Under the pieces are notes generated by a model. It saw only the letters and a program-made list of their open reading frames with translations. It had not been told where the DNA came from and did not search any database. Source: Octopus bimaculoides (taxonomy: Eukaryota). From it: a DNA stretch of 64,000 nucleotides. Below, piece after piece: positions 40,022 to 50,533 of this stretch; positions within the stretch are counted from its first letter, which is position 1; each line of letters begins with the position of its first letter. The stretch lies in NCBI RefSeq assembly GCF_001194135.2, contig NC_068998.1:21370696-21434695 (forward strand). The letters run 5' to 3'. Made by a program: the position numbers and the translations under genes.

Positions 40022-41039
40022 CCATATAATGAATACGTTCAAATTTATCCCAATACTAATACATTCACGCTAGTTACTTTGCGTAAAGGGAGGGGGTTGT
40101 CCGATTTCAGATTTTTCAAGTCTATTCGTTAGTTGAGAACAAACCATTGGTGCAGTGTTGCGAGTTGAGTCTTCATGTTATTTTCATAACTTTATTCAAA
40201 ATTTCACATTATTCAAAAATTATAAATTGTCTGTTGATATGGTAAAAGTGAGAAATAGTCTTTGTTAATATATTGCACATAGAAATTTGATGTGTAGTCT
40301 AAATGTTATATGGAGGTGGTATTTCGAAATCAGTATGCGTCTCGTTCCTGTTTCTTTTGGTGAATATCTAAATGTGTACTTATGAATTAAGTGTCGCATT
40401 TGTAATCTGACCTCACATATCTCAATATGTAGTCTAGCTACTTGAATTTCATTTGTGATAAATTATATAGCTTGGCAATTATGAAACCTTGCATAAAATG
40501 CAACACATTTTTTTAAATTTTGGCTGTTATTAAGATTGTCGGGATTACGTTAATAACTGTACTTTGCATTAATTTCTGTATAGTTTGGAGTATTATGTGC
40601 ATTCGGCGCATATATAGAGTCGCTTAGGACGTATCTTCTACTTAGGGTGATATTTCTTATATGACTCACCCAATATTAGTAACCTTTAAGTTAATACTTG
40701 TTAATTACTTTCAAATATTCTTTTCGTGTAGACAAATGTTTTACGAACAGTCATTGAATGATCATAGCAATATTAGGTTTCCATTGTATTGGGCCGTCGT
40801 GGGAAGCATAATCATAGCATCAGCGTGCATTTGCATTTGCGTATACTTAAAAAATGTGTGATTTTTGGTTTCATTATCTGAAACAGTTTGCGGATTGGTG
40901 TAAAATTCAATGTTTGTCTTCGCTTACATCCTTATCACATGGGCCCTTGTTTCTTCTGTCAATGTTGCTGAATGTACTTTAAATCAAGGACACACATATA
41001 TAGATATATATACAGATGTACACACACCCCCACCAACCC

Positions 41040-41345
41040 GTTCGCTCTGCTTACTGGCGCTCGGTCGGTTATGACGACGAGCGCTCCAGTTGTCTGATAA
41101 AGGGAACAGTCTGACGTGAAATTAACGTAGAAGTCGCTCAGCACTTAACAAAAATGTGTACCCTCGACCTATTTCTCAGGGAGATACAACGTTACAAAGA
41201 ATGAGACAGGCCTAGCCCTTTGAATGACAGGCACAACGTGTTTTTCCAGCTGAGTGAACTGGAGCACAACGCGCCGTCAGGACTCGAACTCAGAGCCTCA
41301 CGATCATGAACCGAATACCCAAACCACTAAGCCAAACGCCTCAAC
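41040..41345 (-). mobile_element. tRNA-derived SINE family 3 copy
   Basis: Minus strand gttgaggcgtttggcttagtggt...ctgagttcgagtcc (A and B boxes), then tgctccagttcactcagctg. Confidence 0.7.
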
Positions 41346-42701
41346 CTCAGCCTCCTACACATCAAGAGCACATACACATAAACATACACATATATACATA
41401 TGATTTGAGAAATAGGCCAGTGGTTTAACATCCAGTAATCTACTATTGATAGCTATGTAACCTAGTACAACCTATAGACAGTCGATCTATTGGTGACTAA
41501 ACCCGTCATCTACATGCGGGATTGTAAAACCATTGTCTTGCTTTCTCCTTGTCTGTTGAGCAAAACTATATCTGAACGGAATAAAGCTACTAGTAACTGC
41601 AAAAGTGAATTTCAATTAAATCATCTGTAAGTATTCATATGAAACTACATCGATAAATGGAAAACATATGAAATAATCCATCCACATACTACGAAATATC
41701 GCAGTAGCTGCCTCGTGATCAATGCAGCAGAAGAACGGTGCTGGAAACTGAAATAATTTTATGTAACACAATGGTGTGTTAGATTGTTGCTACACAGATC
41801 AACCAGAGAGGAGCACCGCTGTTTGGAATCAGGTTTGGAAGTTACAATATCGATAGGGCTGTTGTGAAATAAGTAGAAAGGAAACATATGTTGATGTTTG
41901 ATTTCACTTCATTGTGTGTAAAATGTATTATGGCTAAAGTAGATCAAATTCCAATAACCTTCTGATGGATGATAGGTTTAAGAGTTCTAAACAGAAAGTG
42001 GTGCTATCCAACATGGATGAGTGTGTACACACGGAAAATAATGAGTTTTACATCGTTATGCAAATGAACAAAAGAAGCTTTCCCAAAGAAGACGGAGTAG
42101 AAATGAGGACTACTTTTAATGTTCATATCGAGCAATAAGCACAATAATATCCCGTTGTTATTGGAAAACATAGTGTGTGGCAATGCATATTACATCGGAT
42201 TTTCCTGAATGTTGTCCTCCGAGCATGTCTTCGTCATTATCAACTCCATATCCAAAGAGATGAGGAAAGAGAAAAATAAATTGGATGTAGCTAAACTTGA
42301 AACGTTGTCATTATTTAAACTACATTATAACTAGACAGCAGGACATATATGAATATCAGGAAGGGCAAAAGAGAGTACACACTGCTAAATAATTCAATAA
42401 ATGATACCATTCATATTGAAATACCGTACATGCAAAGTAATTTACATTGGCGACAAGAAAGTTAATGGATAGGAATGGGAATTCCATTCTGCAAAAGATG
42501 ACAGAGAACTTGTAGATTCGTGAGAAGCAGTAAAACCAGCGAATATAAATTCGGAATTTATCCTGTTAAACGTCATTGTGCTAAACAAGCGCCTACCAAA
42601 TCTAAAGGGAATACATCGAAAATGGCTTGACTGTGACGAGGATACCACACGTAGTGAAATAGTGAAAAGCATGCTACTAAACTGAAGGAAACCTGTTAAT
42701 G

Positions 42702-42757
<56 letters not shown>

Positions 42758-42761
42758 ATGC

Positions 42762-42820
<59 letters not shown>

Positions 42821-43289
42821 TATGTATATATACACATATACATAATACATACATGTATAAGTAGATTTGGTTTTATGTCTTATATAGAGCGGATTTCACG
42901 CAGTTATTTGTGATTTACGGTTATTTGAGAGAATAATATAAAACGACACGACAGCAAAATATCATAGCAGACTTCTTTTCGGACTAGGTTATAATACTTA
43001 AGAGTACAGACAGATGAAATGACATAAACTGACACATATTTATATAGATGCATAGAGAGGTAGAAAGACAGACTGTTTGAAAGTTAAATAGATAGATGAA
43101 TGAATAAAGAAGGAATTAGATCGATACGAAATGGAGTAGATTTGAAGATAAATGACAGGTTATGATAGATGCAACAGATTATAGGAAGAAAGAATATGAT
43201 AACAGACTTTTAGTATTGATTCTGGTTAAGTGGTGGATGTTTACTCGTGAAGATTCCGACACTAGACCAGCCGTTTTCTCATCAGTGGG

Positions 43290-43595
43290 TATAATTTTTG
43301 AACCTTTAGAACTTTTCTCAACTTTTTTGTACTTTCTACTTTTTCCTATTGTCATTTCTTCCTACTCTGATTGTTCTACTCCTGTCTCCGGTATTCACCA
43401 TGATAGATCGCTAGACACTACACATTCTTTATTTTCTCTCCTTGTTTCTTTCTGTGTTCCTTTCTGTAGAAGAGCGTAGGCTCGAAACGTTAAAGACATT
43501 TTCACTTCCCGAGCGTTAAACTAATACATCTGTTTGTTGTCCTACACCACCTGTCTTCGTCTTTTGTTTTTGTTTTGGTGAATTCTCCTTACACA
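43290..43595 (+). mobile_element. Solo Penelope-like 3' end (pseudo-LTR) with the best-preserved family-B hammerhead fold
   Basis: tagatcgctag.cactacacatt...gaagagcgtaggctcgaaacgttaaagac...caccacctgtcttcgtcttttg is shared with 28280-28470 and the reverse complement of 2650-2810. Confidence 0.85.
43460..43495 (+). ncRNA. Minimal type-I hammerhead-like fold (family B), core CUGUAGA (A6->U)
   Basis: CUUU CUGUAGA A GAGC-GUAG-GCUC GAAAC GUU AAAG: perfect 4-bp stems I and II, loopless palindromic stem III, predicted cut after 43491. Confidence 0.7.
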
Positions 43596-43600
43596 TATAC

Positions 43601-43787
43601 ATCTGTAAAAATATGTGACAATTATTCGGTAGCCATGATAAAACTCCGAGTTTTGGATGCCGGGGCGGACACCCACGCAGCCGTCTCCTCAGTTATCTGG
43701 CCATTGAAAATTTCTATGAAAATGATCGTTAAACAAAGGGAAATTACTGTGTGATTGGCCGAATAATTTTCACATATTTTTACAGAT
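43601..43787. mobile_element. 187-bp MITE with 29-bp terminal inverted repeats
   Basis: ATCTGTAAAAATATGTGACAATTATTCGG (43601-29) versus the reverse complement of 43759-87, one mismatch. No clean TSD seen. Confidence 0.85.
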
Positions 43788-44191
43788 AAATTCTTCTATT
43801 TACATAATATCGAGGTCTCTTTCTTTCTTTTGTTGTCTTTTCTATCAATATATATNNNNNNNNNNNNNNNNNNNNNNNNNNNNNNNNNNNNNNNNNNNNN
43901 NNNNNNNNNNNNNNNNNNNNNNNNNNNNNNNNNNNNNNNNNNNNNNNNNNNNNNNNNNNNNNNNNNNNNNNNNNNNNNNNNNNNNNNNNNNNNNNNNNNN
44001 NNNNNNNNNNNNNNNNNTATATATATATATATATATATATTCGAGAATCTAAGGAATGGAACAGGTCATCAATATTTACAGTTTGCATACTCGAAGCTTA
44101 CTAACTTATTTTAGCTGGATCCCTGGATCATATATACATGCATGGCCGCAGCTCTAAGCTGTAACTATAAACAAAAAATAAAAAATAATAA

Positions 44192-44284
44192 TGAAGGCAC
44201 CAAGGTGGCAGAATCGTTAGGACGCCTGCCGAAATGCTTCGTGCCATTTCATTAGTTTTTACGTTCTCAGTTCAAATTCCGCTG
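44192..44284 (+). mobile_element. SINE family 1, head only
   Basis: gaaggcaccaaggtggcagaatcgttagg...gttctcagttcaaattccgc. Confidence 0.75.
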
Positions 44285-44574
44285 CCACAGTGCACAATAT
44301 TATACATTTTGAATAACATAACAAGTGTACTTGCCTAAACGAATATATATTATTTCTTTATTTAAATTTAGTTTACCACAAATTCATTTAGTAGCGTTGT
44401 CTCTTGAATTTAGTCTATTTTTCCATGCATCTGTCATTTAATTTACGTTACTGTTCATGTTACGCTATCAGCATTTACATCCACCACGGATATATGTAGC
44501 TTGTTACTACCTCGAAATTTATCTACATACCTCTGTTACCCAGTGTCTCTAGTTATCCCTTCCCCCATCCATCC

Positions 44575-44606
<32 letters not shown>

Positions 44607-44800
44607 GATAGAGAGAAAGACAGGTAGTGACACAGAGATAAATATGTGTATGTATCTAGTGTATGCAATACATGCGGACTTTCAAAAGTGAGCTAGTGTA
44701 GGTTTCATCCGAGAGAATGAGAGAATTTGCATTTGAATATCCATGCTCTGGATAATGAATCGATACAAAATATCTAAAAATATCTAAAGCAAAGTTTGTA

Positions 44801-44866
<66 letters not shown>

Positions 44867-46407
44867 ATATATGTGTGTGTGTGCGTGCGCACGTGTGTGT
44901 ATGAGTGTGTGTGTGTAAGAGAGAAATACAATCGACTATTAGCGACTATTAATGTTTGTATATCACACAGACCAGTATTCTCTCTTCCGAGTCTTGTTCT
45001 CACACCAAACAATAATTTCAATAAAACTTATTTTCCTGCTTACTCTAAGAAATGAGAAATATAACTGATATATAAGCATCTAATTAAAGACTTGGGAATT
45101 AACCATTACCAGATAAGACAAAGTATTTGTAAAAAATATAAAACTGATCTTTGCAGACATTTGATAAGCTTTTGTCACTTTGGGTACTAAATACAGTATA
45201 ATGGATAAAAAGCTGTATTTGTTTTATGTATTTTTATTTTCTCATTATATAACAAAAATATCATCAACGCTTCTTATTTTCTTTTTATATTTTGCTCATA
45301 CTGATTATCACTGAGGTTTGTTAGAAATTACGCAAAACAACAGAAAAGTATTAAGACATAAAGGAATAGAAGGAAAAAAAAAACATCAAAATTCAACATT
45401 AATCAAAGCGAAAAAATTCTGTGCGTATAGTGTTGATGACCAATGACAATGTCCATAGAAAGGACAATAGAAATTAATGTATGGCTGGCGTGTTATGTCG
45501 TTTATCTCACTTCAGCAACATTGTGAACAATGGGAATAGCCAATGTTGTACGTCATATAATAAGGAACAGACAAGGAGACATTGTCGGTTCGTATTTGAT
45601 GACAGCTCGCTTCCCTTGAACTTCTGTTTCTTTTGCAAACATGACAGAAACATTAAAAATATCATTTCCCTCTTTTAATGATATGCTGAAATAAACTATT
45701 GTGTAATCAAAAAAAGTGTCATCGTGACTGTCATTGTACAATGTAGGCGTATTTTAAAGGAGACAAGTTGAAAATACAATTTTTTTGTTGTATACGCAGT
45801 TTCATTATACACTTCAGGATAGTTTCACATTAGCAGAAAGCTCGCCTTCAAGCTGGGTACCCAAAGAAAATAAACATGTCTTAGTTCAAACTGTCACCAG
45901 CTTATTTACAATAATATAGTTTAATTCAGCTTTGAAAATTTTATTTCTTGAGAACAACATTTTTGCCACTTACAAAGTATTGCGTTTTGTAGCCGTTTCG
46001 ATGACAAAACAGTGTATACAAGAGGAATGTGTAATATATGGGTCTAGATTAAGGTGGTGAGATGGCAGAATCATTTGGACGCCGGACAAAATGCATCCCC
46101 CGAAATTGTTAGCCTTCTGCGAAAATGCGAATCCAAAATATGGATCTAGATTCATAGGGATGACGTTTGAGCCAATGACTCAGACAATTTCAACAAGACA
46201 CCGTGTTCTGCGTGAGTGCGTTATACCAGTCAAATACTTGCCAAATAGCATATTACACTTTTTAGTAGCGAAGGTATTTATTATGATAAATGCCTCATAT
46301 AATTATAGAATGCGATCGTTCGTACCTTCCTAAAAGGTTTATTATTAGCAAAGCTGAGAGCAATAATAGCATTCATCACAATAAACGTATTAAATGTAAA
46401 ATATATA

Positions 46408-46603
46408 GAACAATACTGATTTCAAATTTTGGTGCAGCGCCAGCAATTTCAGAGGGGGGAAAATCGATTACAGCGACCCCAGTGTTCAGCTGAAAGGATA
46501 AAAGGCAAAATCGACCTCGGCGGAATTTGAACTCTGAACATAAAACCGACGAAATGCCGCGAAGCATTTTGCCCGGCGTGCTAAAAATTCTGTCTCCTCA
46601 ACG
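46408..46603 (-). mobile_element. SINE family 1 copy
   Basis: Reverse-complement match including aaatcgacctcggcggaatttgaactc.gaac. Confidence 0.85.
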
Positions 46604-46639
46604 CCTAAAGCCAGATCGCGGCCTTAAGAATGTTTCATA

Positions 46640-46808
46640 CTGATTTCAAATTTTTGTCACGAGGCCAGTATTATATGGGACGGGGTAAGTCGATTACATC
46701 GGCTCCAGTGCTCAGCTGGTAATTATTTTATCGATCCGTAAAGCATAAAAGGCGAAGTCGACCTAGGCAGAATTTGAACTGAGAATATAAAGATCAACGA
46801 AGGCAGCT
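46640..46808 (-). mobile_element. SINE family 1 copy (partial), in tandem with the previous one
   Basis: Reverse-complement match: gtcgattacatcg...gtcgacctaggcagaatttgaactgagaa. Confidence 0.8.
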
Positions 46809-47377
46809 AAACAATGTTTAAAGTTAAAATATATTCAGAGGTAGGTGAATGGCCTTTCGTCGATTAAATGGCTTGATCTTAGAATACTGTCTACCATCGA
46901 TCAGACGGCGATATACGAACCACTTGGAGAGTATTGTATCCATTTAAAAGACAACGGCTTACTCTGATAGCTCGTATACTCAATTCCTATGAACATTATA
47001 ATCGTGATAAATCGGTGTTATGTCAATATGTATCCTCTATATTTTGATGTATGATCTATGTAATTAGTTATACTACCACGTTTTGCGTGAGTCTGTTTCC
47101 TGAATCGATATGCTGCCAGCAAACCAGCTAAACACTTAAAAGTTTTATCGTTTAGATAGCTAAATATTTAACTTTGTAGAATCCAGTTGAAGAAGTTGAA
47201 TGCAATGCAAAGCACAGCTGTGTAGTTAAGTGGTTCGCACTGTGACTAGATCGTATTATATCAACTGCACAGTACAATGTGGAAATACAATCAACTGCTT
47301 TTTGAGTAGAAACTGCGAAAATTAGCCGTCTGTCTATATGCATGTCTGCCTGTCTGTCAAACTGTACTTAATGACAC

Positions 47378-47433
<56 letters not shown>

Positions 47434-47911
47434 TTACACATATATATTTCGCAGAATCAAAGGAGTGACTGTAGGGTACGTTAGNNNNNNNNNNATATAT
47501 ATATATATATATATATATATAATACCACAAAGGAAAATGTGACAAAGGGTGTCGAGACACCTACATTGTAAGAAATAGGAGCAAAATACTCCCTGTGCTT
47601 TGAGAAGAACGCAAATGTATGCACTTACGCTGACAGGGGAAGAAACTTCCGAATTAACGAATCGAAAATCTCTCAGACTAAACGTTTAGTTTCGCATATT
47701 TCAATTCGCTACACGAGCAAGAACCCCTCGATCGCCTGGCGTTATCTAATTCCGCCTGTCAGCGTGTATGTATGTATGTATGTATGTATGTATGTATGTA
47801 TGTATGTATGTATGCATGCATGTATGTATGTATGTATGTATGTATGTATGTATGTATGTATGCATGTATGTATGTATGTATGTATGTATGTATGTGGGGG
47901 GGGAGTGTGTG

Positions 47912-47942
<31 letters not shown>

Positions 47943-49886
47943 TGCCGATGTTTTAAAATCCAGTCTATCCACTGTCATATTAATTTATTTTTGTTTACTT
48001 TGTACATATTGAAAGGACGAAAAGCAAAGCTGATTTTTGATTAAATCGTAGCGCAGAAAACCCGAACAAATGCTACAATGCATTCTCTCAAATGCCATAA
48101 GAAATTCGCTTCTGGTTCCTTTTTTATTTTCAGTTGCAAGTGAGTAAATATATGTGTCCCATTATGTGAAAACGAGTAGTTGAACATTTGGGTGAAAAGG
48201 GTCTATGAAATAAATATCAGGTTGGCATCCAATATTGGAATAGATGTGATCAATTTAATTTAGTGAAAGTGGTGTACTAGCAAATCTGGAGCGCAATGGA
48301 TTAACAAGTATAACAATGTAATATATAATTCATTGCCTTGATTGCCACGTACCATGGAACTTTGGATTATATATAGACAACTGAATTGACTGTAGGGAGT
48401 ACATGTTTGACTTTAACATTACTACCGATAGAAGTCTGTGTACGTATCCCTCTATGGTGGGATTTCAGCATTGGATGCAGTAAAAAAAATATATAGTGAA
48501 TGAAATTTATTCTGCTGTGAAGACGCAGGCTGGAAAGTGGAGAATTTTCCAATCGAAGTCGGATGTAGAGGGTTTGTTGGACACAGTGTGAGATGACCGT
48601 TGTTATCGTTAGGCCTAACTCATCGTAAACTAAATACCACCATGACCGATATACAAACTACAGTGGAAAAGGCTAGCCACTGGATTTGGTTAAAAAGAGA
48701 CGATGAGCGATGGCTAGAATATTGAACTATATTTAATAACCAGTTGATCTAGCAAGGTGGGCCTCATATCAGTGAGGAGTCGGGAGCCATTGATGCCGTG
48801 GAGAGTTAGGCCCCGAAACGGTGCGCATTGTCTTCTGATGACCTCATAAACTTGCTGGCTTCCGGTATGCGGAGTTCTCGACTGGTAGCACTTGCATGTG
48901 CAAGTGGTTTGCTAAACATCTTACAGTATTCTATTCTTGCGAAGAGTTGCATTCCGTAATATATAAAAATACAAGTCTTCGAATTGCGCTAAAATACATC
49001 CATAAATATAGCTTAGAGGCAAGTGAGGTACACCATTTCTGTTAGGTGAAAACACAGTTAGTAAGTGTAGCGATTGGTCAAATCTGATTGCATTCCAGAG
49101 GTAGCTTTGTCGTAGGCCGAATGTCGCCTTCGCCGTGACCATCACCATCACAGCCGCATTAGTTTTGCGACATCCATTTCGTAGTCGAACTACGAATATT
49201 CATTTTAAATGAAAACTACGTTTATGTCTGAATACCAATAGCGATAAGGATACGTAGTGGAAGGAGAATGTGTACGATAGTTGTGGTGAATGCTTCATTA
49301 GTTTGCTGGGACGGGTTCAACTTTCATCATGGTTGAAATTTGGCGAGTCATTCATCTAAAGAATTAGTGATTAATGCATTTGATTAGAAAATATCAAACA
49401 CCTGTCTCTTCACTAACAGTTACTTGAAATTACTAAGCGTTAGTTTCTTTTCGTTTCCCATTAACACATTATAACTTACAGGAGCACAAATGTAACTGCA
49501 ATGTACTATACTACCTTACCTTAACAAAATCTTATACATTTTTCATTATATATATATATATATATATATNNNNNNNNNNNNNNNNNNNNNNNNNNNNNNN
49601 NNNNNNNNNNNNNNNNNNNNNNNNNNNNNNNNNNNNNNNNNNNNNNNNNNNNNNNNNNNNNNNNNNNNNNNNNNNNNNNNNNNNNNNNNNNNNNNNNNNN
49701 NNNNNNNNNNNNNNNNNNNNNNNNNNNNNNNNNNNNNNNNNNNNNNNNNNNNNNNNNNNNNNNNNNNNNNNNNNNNNNNNNNNNNNNNNNNNNNNNNNNN
49801 NNNNNNNNNNNNNNNNNNNNNNNNATATATGTATGTATGTATGCATGTATGTATGTATGTATGCATGCGTGTATAGAGTGTTCGAA

Positions 49887-49923
<37 letters not shown>

Positions 49924-50021
49924 CATGCGAGAAACAAATAGACTGCGTCATACTCATTAGAATTTCTTTAAATCTGAAATTATAATTTCAAATTATTTAG
50001 TAATTCTTATAATGTGAATAT

Positions 50022-50320
50022 TTAATACTTAGTAGACATGCCTTTTGCATTTTTTAATGTAAGGGCCTTATTAGGCATGTTACTCATCACATGAATATTC
50101 TCTTGCGGAATCCCGCAAAGTTTCATGCAGTATTCTCAAAAGATCTGGCTTTGAAGATACTTGTATTTTTTAATGAAGTATCCATATGCATTATGTCACA
50201 GACGTGTACAATAGCGTTCATATCTGGTGACTGGCTTCGCTATGGAAACTTTTTAATGCTATTCTCATCCAATAAATATTGGGTCATTTCAGCCGCCAAA
50301 TTTCACATTGACTCTTTGTT
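50022..50320 (-). mobile_element. Tc1-like transposase C-terminal fragment
   Basis: AAEMTQYLLDENSIKKFP*RSQSPDMNAIVHVCDIM...IPQENIHVMSNMPNKALTLKNAKGMSTKY* matches the WPSQSPDLNPIE and SMP.R...AKGG.TKY motifs. Confidence 0.8.
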
Positions 50321-50329
50321 CCTGTCCAT

Positions 50330-50533
50330 GACAAAATCGCAGACTACAGCATAAATGTGATTGCAAAAAACATAAATTTCACAACTTTCGAAATAAAAAC
50401 AGCGATGTTACTCTGCATACTGTCTCCCGAAGATCCGTGCTACCTCTCATTGCGAATGGAACCGTGTGCCGCCATCTGTCGGTGCGTTACAGAACTAGTC
50501 CAAGAACTCTTTGATATCACTTCGTATATGGAT
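50330..50533 (-). mobile_element. mariner-type 5' terminus (non-coding) abutting the Tc1 fragment
   Basis: Minus strand TA-tacgaagtgatatcaaagagttcttggactagt...cagatggcggcac resembles mariner TACGAGGG-type termini. Confidence 0.45.

Noticed and set aside
42440-42690. Long frames with few stops on both strands (also 52950-53280 and 53680-53990)
   Set aside because: No recognisable motif or clean splice pair. These could be decayed coding DNA, but I cannot support a call.
48815-48841. GAAAC-palindrome-GUC followed by CUGAUGA (hammerhead words)
   Set aside because: Only 2 nt separate the cut site from the core, so stem I cannot form, and no stem II closes. Not a viable topology.
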